A stretch of DNA of 64,000 bases from NCBI GenBank assembly GCA_963660615.1, contig CAVKYE010000006.1:5145-69144 (forward strand), given 5' to 3'. The notes under the pieces were generated by a model. The model did not search any database, had not been told where the DNA came from, and saw only the letters and a program-made list of their open reading frames with translations. Source of the stretch: Vescimonas coprocola. Its GTDB lineage: Bacteria > Bacillota_I > Bacilli_A > RF39 > UBA660. Each line of letters opens with the position of its first letter. Positions within the stretch are counted from its first letter, which is position 1. Position numbers and translations under genes: made by a program. Below, piece after piece: positions 54,481 to 64,000 of this stretch.

Positions 54481-54794
54481 TTACTAGATAAAAAAGTAAC
54501 TTTTTCAGCCACAACTTCAGTAACATATTTATGACCATCAGAAGATTCATAATCACTAGTTTGAATACGTCCCTTAACTCCAACCAAATCACCTTTTTTA
54601 CAATACTCAGTTGTACTTTCAGCAACACCTTGCCATAATTTACACCCTATAAAATCAGTTTCATATTCACCGTCCATATTCTTATAAGAACGGGGAACTG
54701 CTAAAGTAATACGAGAAACCTTCTTCCCAGTTTCCGTTTCAAAAAGTTCTGGATCATTAGCAATTCTTCCAACTAAAATAGTATGATTAAGCAT
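54468..54794 (-). CDS. ssb: Single-stranded DNA-binding protein without the acidic C-terminal tail (SsbB-like)
   Basis: MLNHTILVGRIANDPELFETETGKKVSRITLAV OB-fold, ending ...FLSSKNKA with no DDDLPF-type tip. Start at 54794 behind AAGGAGGAA. Confidence 0.82.
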   Translation of the reverse strand: MLNHTILVGRIANDPELFETETGKKVSRITLAVPRSYKNMDGEYETDFIGCKLWQGVAESTTEYCKKGDLVGVKGRIQTSDYESSDGHKYVTEVVAEKVTFLSSKNKA

Positions 54795-54959
54795 ATGTAT
54801 TCCTCCTTTCCAAGTACAATATAATCCCAAAAAGAAAAAAACACAAATAGCAAAAATGAGCAAATTACCAATCAAAACAATCACAAAAAAACATTTTGTC
54901 TAAAGAAAAATTAAAATATTAATCAAAAAAAATAATCACAAAAATAAAAACTATAAGAA

Positions 54960-55316
54960 CTAAAATTTCTTACAGTTAAGTTTAACATCACCAAAAGTAA
55001 CCTTTAAAGTACTATAATCAATATTAATAGTTGCATAAGTATCATCATCACACTTTTTAAAAGCACTAAGATCATACTCTTCACCCTCTTTTTTATTAGC
55101 ATCCTTTAAATCCTTCAAAGTCACCTTATAAATAGCAGCCCCAGTATTAGAACTCATATACTTATCAAAATAGTCCAAAGCAGGTTTTTTCATAGCTTCT
55201 TTCATTTTTTCCGTATTATCTTTATCCCATAAATATAATCCAAAAACAAAAATAACTAAAACTATAACAACAATTAAACAAAAAATCATTTTACCTTTTC
55301 CCTTTTTCTTCTCCAT
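54960..55316 (-). CDS. Hypothetical N-terminally anchored small protein
   Basis: 118 aa, one TM (MIFCLIVVIVLVIFVFGLYLW). Lies 12 nt downstream of sufB. Confidence 0.5.
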   Translation of the reverse strand: MEKKKGKGKMIFCLIVVIVLVIFVFGLYLWDKDNTEKMKEAMKKPALDYFDKYMSSNTGAAIYKVTLKDLKDANKKEGEEYDLSAFKKCDDDTYATINIDYSTLKVTFGDVKLNCKKF

Positions 55317-55328
55317 ATCATTTCCTCC

Positions 55329-56639
55329 TTAAAAATATTTTTTCAATAAAGCATTAAGCTCAACCGCATATTCCATTGGTAAATTTTCCCTAAATTCATC
55401 AATAAATCCCATAATCATAAGTTCCTTAGCCTTTTCCTCATCAAGGCCCCTACTCATCAAATAAAATAACTTGTCCTTATCAAGTTTAGACACTGTAGCC
55501 TCATGTTCCAAATAAGAAGAATTATTAGCCACAACATTCTTAGGAATCGTATCGCTCTTAGAAACATCATCCAAAATAATCGTATCACACTTAACATTAG
55601 CCTTAGAATTATTAGCCTTTTTATCAATATAAACCGTCCCACGGTAACTCGCATTACCCCCAGAAGAAGCAATCGATTTACTAATAATATTACTAACCGT
55701 ATTAGGAGCTAAATGAATCATCTTAGCTCCCGCATCTTGAACTTGATTAGAAGAAGCTACCGCAATAGAAATACAATTACCTCTAGCGCCTTCCCCTTCC
55801 AAAATACAAGCAGGATATTTCATATTAATTTTAGACCCAATATTACCATCAATCCACTCCATAAGACCATCATCCAAAACCAAAGCCCTTTTAGTAACCA
55901 AATTATAAATATTATCAGCCCAATTTTGAATAGTCGTATAACGGCAACTAGCCCCCTTCTCAACAAAAATTTCTACCACAGCCGCATGAAGTGAATCAGC
56001 CAAATGATAAGTAGCTGTACACCCCTCCATATAATGAACATGACTACCCTCACCAACAATAATCAAAGTCCTTTCAAATTGCCCCATATTCTTAGTATCA
56101 ATCCTAAAATAACTTTGAAGAGGCCTATCAATAGTCGTATGAGGCGGAATATAAATAAAAGTACCCCCACTCCATACCGCACCATTTAAAGCCGTATACT
56201 TATTCTCATCATATTTAACAAGCTTATTAAAATACTTCTTAAAAATATCAGGATGATTCTTAAGTGCATCATCAGTACTACAAAAAATAACATTCTTATC
56301 CTCAAGTTCCTTTATCATACTATGATAAACAACTTCACTTTCATACTGTGCTCCAATACCATCTAAATATTTCTTCTCCGCATCAATAAGACCAACTTTA
56401 TCAAATGTATTTCTAATATTACAAGAAACATTATCCCAATTATCAGCAACCTTAGGAGAAACCCTTTTATAATAATTTATCTTATCAAAGTCAATCTTAA
56501 GTTCAGGTCCAAAATTAGGATTAGGCATCGAAACAAATGTCCTATAAGCCTCAAGCCTAAAATCAGTCATCCACTTTGGCTCACCTTTCGTTTTAGAAAT
56601 AGAAATAATTTTCTCTTCACTAAGACCAAGTTCTTTCAT
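55329..56639 (-). CDS. sufB: Fe-S cluster assembly scaffold SufB
   Basis: HVHYMEGCTA is the SufB signature. Beta-helix repeats. 436 aa. Confidence 0.85.
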   Translation of the reverse strand: MKELGLSEEKIISISKTKGEPKWMTDFRLEAYRTFVSMPNPNFGPELKIDFDKINYYKRVSPKVADNWDNVSCNIRNTFDKVGLIDAEKKYLDGIGAQYESEVVYHSMIKELEDKNVIFCSTDDALKNHPDIFKKYFNKLVKYDENKYTALNGAVWSGGTFIYIPPHTTIDRPLQSYFRIDTKNMGQFERTLIIVGEGSHVHYMEGCTATYHLADSLHAAVVEIFVEKGASCRYTTIQNWADNIYNLVTKRALVLDDGLMEWIDGNIGSKINMKYPACILEGEGARGNCISIAVASSNQVQDAGAKMIHLAPNTVSNIISKSIASSGGNASYRGTVYIDKKANNSKANVKCDTIILDDVSKSDTIPKNVVANNSSYLEHEATVSKLDKDKLFYLMSRGLDEEKAKELMIMGFIDEFRENLPMEYAVELNALLKKYF

Positions 56640-57067
56640 TTCTCTAACTCCTTTAAAATTTTTTCAACACCCCACCAAGGAAGTAAAACACACTTTTTAC
56701 GATTAGGCTGTTTATAAATATCATCATAAACAATAGCTTCCTCTAAAACATCCTTATCATACTCTTTTTCCGTAATCATATTAAGAAAATTATTCAAAAT
56801 AACAGTAGCCTCATCCTTAGTCTTACCAATCAAAATATCCGTCATAATAGAAGAAGAACTTATACACATAGCACAAGCCTCCCCATCAAAACGAATATCC
56901 GAAATAACACCAGAAGAAAACTTAATCTCCAAATTAACCTCATCTATACAACTCTCATTATTCATATTAATCTTCAAATAATCATCTTTATTTAATAAGC
57001 CTCTATTCCTAGGATTTTGATAATGATCTAAAATAATATCTCTTTTAATATTTGCATCCATCTTCAT
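56636..57067 (-). CDS. sufU: SufU/IscU-type Fe-S assembly sulfur-transfer protein
   Basis: ILDHYQNPRNRG, with ligands NESCID, GEACAMC and KKCVLLPW. Confidence 0.82.
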   Translation of the reverse strand: MKMDANIKRDIILDHYQNPRNRGLLNKDDYLKINMNNESCIDEVNLEIKFSSGVISDIRFDGEACAMCISSSSIMTDILIGKTKDEATVILNNFLNMITEKEYDKDVLEEAIVYDDIYKQPNRKKCVLLPWWGVEKILKELEK

Positions 57068-57135
57068 CCCTCCATACTTACAATATTATACATCCTATTT
57101 CAAAGAAAAACAAGAAAAAAAGCACTAATTTGTGC

Positions 57136-57396
57136 CTATCTTGATTCAACAATTAACTTAATAGCCGTACGCTCTTCTCCATCAATTACAATATCCGTAA
57201 ATGCTGGAATACATATTAAATTTTTCCCAGAAGGCGCAACAAACCCACGAGCAATCGCTACCGCTTTAATAGCTTGATTTAAAGCTCCAGCCCCTATTGC
57301 TTGAATTTCCACAGAGCCCTTTTCCCTAAATACATTCGCAAGCGCACCTGCAACAGAATTAGGATTAGACTTAGCTCTTACCTTTAATGTTTCCAT
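57136..57396 (-). CDS. spoVS: Stage V sporulation protein S
   Basis: METLKVRAKSNPNSVAGALA...IQAIGAGALNQAIKAVAIARGF. 86 aa. Confidence 0.92.
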   Translation of the reverse strand: METLKVRAKSNPNSVAGALANVFREKGSVEIQAIGAGALNQAIKAVAIARGFVAPSGKNLICIPAFTDIVIDGEERTAIKLIVESR

Positions 57397-57487
57397 AAAT
57401 ATTTCCTCCTTTGCTTTTACACTAAATTATATGAACAAATTTGATTATTATACTAATTAATTGTATAATTTACTAAAGGAGAAAAAC

Positions 57488-57856
57488 ATGAATAACATAA
57501 ACAATATTTTAACAAAACTAGAAAAATCAAAATTTAGAAATAGTTTCACCTTAAAAGAAAAAGAATTAAAATACATAAACGAAAAAGGAATAGAAACAAT
57601 AAAACAACATGCCAGAGACTTCATCACCAAAAGACTAGCCCCCAAAAACCCCAAAAACGACGGAAAACAAACACCTATGAAAAATCACCCCGTCTTTATA
57701 GCCCAACACGCTACCGCAACCTGCTGTAGAAGCTGCCTTTATAAATGGCACAAAATACCAAAAAACAAAGAATTAAACCAAGAAGAAATAAACTACATCG
57801 TATCAGTAATAATGGCTTACATAAAAAAACAAATAAATATTGCAAACCAAAAATAA
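57488..57856 (+). CDS. DUF4186-family protein (recollection)
   Basis: NDGKQTPMKNHPVFIAQHATATCCRSCLYKWH. Start at 57488 behind AAAGGAG. Confidence 0.65.
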   Translation: MNNINNILTKLEKSKFRNSFTLKEKELKYINEKGIETIKQHARDFITKRLAPKNPKNDGKQTPMKNHPVFIAQHATATCCRSCLYKWHKIPKNKELNQEEINYIVSVIMAYIKKQINIANQK

Positions 57857-57936
57857 AAAAACTTTAACTATTAAGAAAATACCCAATCCCGCGTATATCC
57901 CACCCGCAAGTTTTTAAAAAAAATTCAGAAAAATCA

Positions 57937-57965
57937 TTGACATTAATAAAACATTTGCGTATAAT
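57937..57965 (+). promoter_or_regulatory. Sigma-A promoter of tRNA-Gly
   Basis: TTGACA, 17 nt, TATAAT, ending 18 nt before the tRNA. Confidence 0.6.
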
Positions 57966-57983
57966 TATAAGTGCCTATTAATT

Positions 57984-58057
<74 letters not shown>

Positions 58058-58096
58058 TTGAGGAATCTGTTCGGAAAATCCGAACTTACATATATG

Positions 58097-58121
58097 AATC
58101 ATTCGAAAGAATGATTTTTTT
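58097..58121 (+). terminator. Terminator after tRNA-Gly
   Basis: AATCATTC-gaaa-GAATGATT followed by a T-run. Confidence 0.6.
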
Positions 58122-58166
58122 GTGTTTATAAATCATCCATCCAAAAAAGAAAGGATGGTGAAAATA

Positions 58167-58436
58167 ATGAAACAATTTAATATTTACAAGTCAACAATGA
58201 AATATTTAACAGATAAAAACTTATCTTTAAATGCTAAAGGTTTCTTAACTATTATTTTATTTAATGATGGAATTATTGGATTAGATATTCAAAAATATTG
58301 TACTGATAATAAAGAAACAATAAAAGATGCTTTACTGGAACTAAGAATCAACAAGTATATTAAGTACGATTCAGAATCTAAAAAATTAATAGCAGCTCCT
58401 GTTCCATATACTGAATGGGATGAAGATTTAAGATAA
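58167..58436 (+). CDS. Hypothetical small protein, possibly a winged-helix DNA-binding protein
   Basis: 89-aa ORF behind AAAGGATGGTGA. No family recognised with confidence. Confidence 0.4.
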   Translation: MKQFNIYKSTMKYLTDKNLSLNAKGFLTIILFNDGIIGLDIQKYCTDNKETIKDALLELRINKYIKYDSESKKLIAAPVPYTEWDEDLR

Positions 58437-58451
58437 GAAAGGAGTTTATTT

Positions 58452-58724
58452 ATGTTAAATATTATTACAAAAGAAGTTCCAATTGATGAAGAACTTCAAT
58501 CAAAGATTCAATTTATTTGTGATTTTTGTAATGTTAAACCAATTTTTATTAACGGTTCTATTCGTAAAATTGAAAAAACAAATATTAATTATATTGAGCC
58601 AAATAAAATAATAATTAGAAGTACTACATTTCTTGCATTTAATCATAACAAAGATGTATATGTAGAAAACTTACAAAAACGCATTAATATTAGTGACTTA
58701 CAAGAATATATTAAAAGTTTGTAA
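58452..58724 (+). CDS. Hypothetical protein
   Basis: 90-aa ORF behind GAAAGGAG. Confidence 0.4.
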   Translation: MLNIITKEVPIDEELQSKIQFICDFCNVKPIFINGSIRKIEKTNINYIEPNKIIIRSTTFLAFNHNKDVYVENLQKRINISDLQEYIKSL

Positions 58725-58728
58725 GCTA

Positions 58729-60839
<2,111 letters not shown>

Positions 60840-60962
60840 AATACGTGGCACGTTTTGTTGAACTTGTTCAATGAAAGTGGCGATAGTATTTTATATCAAT
60901 TCTTTATGTAGTTTTATTTCATTACAAAGTTTTGAAATATTACGAAATAAAGCAAACGGATT

Positions 60963-61014
60963 CTAAGGTGTTAAACCTTAGCCCACTGGTATCTTGTTAG
61001 TATGACAAGATACC
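60963..61014 (+). promoter_or_regulatory. Candidate oriT: two hairpins just upstream of the relaxase gene
   Basis: CTAAGG-tgttaaa-CCTTAG (60963-60981) and a perfect 10-bp inverted repeat GGTATCTTGT-tagtatg-ACAAGATACC (60988-61014). Confidence 0.4.
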
Positions 61015-61070
61015 TAGGGGGTTATATATTATGTCAAAACAAAATATACCTAAAAAAGGATGGTGATAAA

Positions 61071-62426
61071 ATGGAAGAACTTTCTTACTCTTTCCATATT
61101 GGAAGTGATAAAAACAAGAAAAATAGTGTAAGGTTAACATCAAAAAATAATGTTAGTGGAACTAATTCTATGAGTAATAATGCTATTCAGAATGCTAAAC
61201 AATTATCAACAGCTGATAAACATAATTATAGAAAATATGATAATAGACAAGATGAAATTGTAGTTATTAAAGGAACTACTTCACTATATAACGATGTACA
61301 GCACTTTTATAAAAATGAATTTGAAGAAGCAAGATTAGAATATAACAATAAGCAAACAAGAGATGACAGAAAAATAGATGATTATTTCAAAAAAATTAGT
61401 AATAATTCAAAAAGTGATTTAGCAGTACAAATAATAATTGAACTTGGAAATAAAAAATTCTGGGATACTAAATCAATGACATATAAGCATAAAATGACCA
61501 ATGTTTTTATAAAACAAGTTGATGATTTAGAACTATTACTTCCAAATTTTAAAATCTGTAGTGCTATTATTCATTATGATGAAACTTCTCCACACCTTCA
61601 TATAGTTGGTGTACCTATAAAATATAATTGTAAAACTGGTATGTCTATTCAAGTTGGTAAAACTGACGTTTTTACGAGAAATTCACTAAAAGAGCTGCAA
61701 GATAAAATGAGAATTTTATGTATTGAAGAATATAATAAAGAGTACGATTTAGATGCTACTCTAAAGAAAAAATTAAAAGGTAGAAATAAAGATATTCATG
61801 TATCTGATATGATTAATTATCAAGACACTAAAGATTTGATTGAAAAAAATCAAAAGAATCTTGAAATCATTAATAACAATTCTATTGAACTTGATAAAGA
61901 CACAATCAATATAAAAGATAAAATATTAAATCTAAAAAAAGCTTCTTTAAAAAAAGATACTTACCTCCTATCAAACGAAGATAAAAAAATATTAGAAAAT
62001 TATATTGATAAAATTGATAAAACTAATAACGAATATAAAAAAATAAATGGTCTTTCTTCTTCACTTAATAGTTTAAATCAAACCATAAAAGAAGATAAAA
62101 AAGCAATTAAGGTACTTACCGAAAATAATAAAGCACTAGAATTACGGGTTAAGAATCTCACTTTTAAAACAGAAAATCAGGAAGAATTAATTAGTAATTT
62201 AAAGCAAGATAATTTTAATCTTAAATACAGATTACAACAATTAGAAGAATTCTTTAAGAAGTTAGTAAATTTATTTAAGAGAATGATTAAAAAAGATAGC
62301 AAAAAAGAATCTTATTTAGACGTATTAGAAGATATGCACAACAATAGAATTATCAGTGATAATACCATAGACGACATTTTAAACAATAAAAATAATATAA
62401 AAGAAAAAGACGATTTCGAATTATGA
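61071..62426 (+). CDS. mob: MobV-family (Pre/Mob) relaxase
   Basis: DKHNYRKY matches MobM FKHNER (motif I). HYDETSPHLHIVGVP matches HLDESTPHMHMGVVP (motif III). Long C-terminal coiled coil. Start is MEELSYSF at 61071 behind GGATGGTGA. Confidence 0.8.
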   Translation: MEELSYSFHIGSDKNKKNSVRLTSKNNVSGTNSMSNNAIQNAKQLSTADKHNYRKYDNRQDEIVVIKGTTSLYNDVQHFYKNEFEEARLEYNNKQTRDDRKIDDYFKKISNNSKSDLAVQIIIELGNKKFWDTKSMTYKHKMTNVFIKQVDDLELLLPNFKICSAIIHYDETSPHLHIVGVPIKYNCKTGMSIQVGKTDVFTRNSLKELQDKMRILCIEEYNKEYDLDATLKKKLKGRNKDIHVSDMINYQDTKDLIEKNQKNLEIINNNSIELDKDTINIKDKILNLKKASLKKDTYLLSNEDKKILENYIDKIDKTNNEYKKINGLSSSLNSLNQTIKEDKKAIKVLTENNKALELRVKNLTFKTENQEELISNLKQDNFNLKYRLQQLEEFFKKLVNLFKRMIKKDSKKESYLDVLEDMHNNRIISDNTIDDILNNKNNIKEKDDFEL

Positions 62427-62453
62427 TAATCATCTTTTTTTAAACTATACCAA

Positions 62454-63836
62454 TTATATGTATTCATTAAATATCTTTCTTATATAATTGTTATTAATCC
62501 AGAAACAATGCTTAGTATACTCAGTTGCACCTGTTAATCTATCAGCAACAGGTAATTTACAGACATCACTAGCATTTCTACCATGTGGTCTAACATGGCA
62601 AACATTATTTTCACTCATCCCAACAAAATTAGTTTTTCTAATTCCATTTTCAATTGATTTTACTATATTACCAGTTTTAATAGTATTATATGTTTTTTTC
62701 CACATTTCCATCACTGACGTTTCAATATCAATTTCTGGCATATTCCATAATTTTATACCTTTAAATATATACTCACCGTCTTCCATTTTAAATATGAAAA
62801 ACATATATTTAGTAGTTTCAAGTTCTTCTCTCAAATCACTATTTTCCCAATCTTGATTAACTATTTCAGTATACTTAAAGTATGGAAAAGAAATTGATTC
62901 TTTTATTCTACCATTTTCTTCAATTCTAATAGTTTTAGGAATAATTTTTGCCTTTTGAAATTCTTCTGTCTCAGATAATTTACTTTTTACATTAAACATT
63001 CTACTTATCAACATGCTATTAACATTTTTAGCTTTTGTATCAATATTAAACTCCTTCATTAGTTCATTTTGGGATTTTCCTTTATATTTAGTAATAATAT
63101 TAAGTACAAATTCATTAAATGTATCGTTTGTTCCTTTTAATATTTTTTCAACATTAGAATAATCTCCAATATATTTTCTAACAAGTTGAGTCATATATGA
63201 ATTTTTAAAGCAAAATGCCCTTTGCATTGCTGGAATATCACTAAACGGTTGTTCTCTTGTAGATAATGCATTAGCACCCTTAGAACATGCACCCAAATAC
63301 ATTGTATCTGCTTCAGAAATTTCATGTGCCTTTCCTTCACGAATTTTATTGATAATAAAGTTCCAGTCTTCTTCAATCTGTTTTAAATCTTCATTTTTTT
63401 CTAACTCTAATAATTTTTCATGAGTTATAATTAAATCTTTTTTATCTTTATTAGCTTCCCATAAATACCATAATAATTGAATTTTATTATTTTTATACCA
63501 AAAATGACTACTTCTAAATGTATTTTTATATTCTGTCATATAGTCAATAATATTTAGGACTAATCTTTCTTTAGCAGATAATTTACCTCCTTTAATCTTT
63601 TTATAAGGAGTTACTTTCAATTCTATACCTGCTGGCATAAAATCAGGTTCAGAATCACTATTGTTATCCATACCAAATAAATATTTTTCAATTAATTGAC
63701 CTAAGCCACCTTTATTTGCTTCCTTATCTTCTATAGTTATAACTTCAGTATTTAAAATGTCATTTACAGATTTTCCTATTGCAGATTTAGAAATAAGTTC
63801 TATCTCTTGTCTATTATACAATCTTCCTTTTTTCAT
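62454..63836 (-). CDS. Sau3AI-family type II restriction endonuclease (MutH-like; predicted GATC specificity)
   Basis: SEPDFMPAGIELKVTP (D...E.K nuclease motif), AKERLVLNIIDY, EGKAHEISEA, CSKGANALSTREQPFSDIPAMQRAFCFKNSYMTQLVRKY and FWINNNYIRK. All closely parallel my recollection of Sau3AI. Confidence 0.8.
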   Translation of the reverse strand: MKKGRLYNRQEIELISKSAIGKSVNDILNTEVITIEDKEANKGGLGQLIEKYLFGMDNNSDSEPDFMPAGIELKVTPYKKIKGGKLSAKERLVLNIIDYMTEYKNTFRSSHFWYKNNKIQLLWYLWEANKDKKDLIITHEKLLELEKNEDLKQIEEDWNFIINKIREGKAHEISEADTMYLGACSKGANALSTREQPFSDIPAMQRAFCFKNSYMTQLVRKYIGDYSNVEKILKGTNDTFNEFVLNIITKYKGKSQNELMKEFNIDTKAKNVNSMLISRMFNVKSKLSETEEFQKAKIIPKTIRIEENGRIKESISFPYFKYTEIVNQDWENSDLREELETTKYMFFIFKMEDGEYIFKGIKLWNMPEIDIETSVMEMWKKTYNTIKTGNIVKSIENGIRKTNFVGMSENNVCHVRPHGRNASDVCKLPVADRLTGATEYTKHCFWINNNYIRKIFNEYI

Positions 63837-63897
63837 AAAATTCTCCTTTCGATCTTGTTTTAATTAAAAAAATAAGATAAAATGTTATATAGAAATG

Positions 63898-63969
63898 TTG
63901 ATCTTTACGAGAAAATTTAGTATAATATTTTCTTGTAAGGTTGATCTTTTCAATTAACTATATTATAAT
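63898..63969 (+). promoter_or_regulatory. Two tandem plus-strand promoters whose -35 hexamers are TTGATC, driving a gene that starts just beyond 64000
   Basis: TTGATC-17-TATAAT at 63898-63926 and again at 63941-63969. RBS GAGGAGG at 63994-64000. Confidence 0.5.
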
Positions 63970-64000
63970 ATAATTATTGATATTAAACAACATGAGGAGG

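Noticed and set aside
57457-57654. 65-aa minus-strand ORF opposite the DUF4186 gene
   Set aside because: It is antisense to a gene with a strongly conserved Cys-rich motif. Its product is low-complexity and Phe/Ser-rich.
57901-57907. CACCCGC upstream of tRNA-Gly, matching the tRNA 3' acceptor strand, considered as a possible att-site duplicate
   Set aside because: The match is only 7 nt, it lies upstream rather than at a distal island end, and it is easily due to chance.

Overview
This is an AT-rich chromosomal segment, roughly 70% A+T by eye, from an endospore-forming Firmicute. I cannot assign a species. Gene content and synteny are Bacillus/Clostridia-like, and nearly everything from 1 to 48.6 kb is on the minus strand.

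Gene order, left to right:
- rsgA(partial)-prkC-prpC-rlmN, secG, an M16 peptidase pair, yqeG, a DD-carboxypeptidase and uvrA.
- spoVAC-D-E, sodA, a lone pilin, and a sigF-like/spoIIAA-like pair with no spoIIAB between them.
- A U32 peptidase, then a SipW-type signal peptidase / TasA-like / DUF5305-like cluster.
- argS behind an Arg (CGU) T-box, tRNA-Cys, msrAB, SPFH/NfeD and yqeY-rpsU.
- A C39-peptidase ABC exporter followed by two overlapping double-glycine-leader peptide genes that are absent from the ORF track.
- rsmD, ylbE/ylbD-like genes, parE-parC, a CYTH protein, ftsK, and the head of the dcw cluster (mraZ-rsmH-ftsL-pbp).
- Two YjcZ-like micro-genes, prsA, recX, rpoZ, pdp, an XRE/XRE switch beside a tail-less SSB, sufU-sufB, spoVS and tRNA-Gly.
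- From about 58.1 kb to the window end, an integrated mobilisable element with a large serine recombinase, a MobV relaxase with a candidate oriT, and a Sau3AI-family GATC endonuclease.

Best leads:
1. The hidden two-peptide bacteriocin-like locus.
2. A conserved element of about 50 nt found upstream of both the exporter operon and a surface-protein gene that heads the spoIIAA/sigma operon.
3. The kinase-less, serine-less SpoIIAA/sigma module.
4. The fused SipW / TasA-like fibre cluster.
5. GATC-containing tandem promoters beside the GATC restriction gene.

Everything here comes from reading the sequence by hand. No database search was run.
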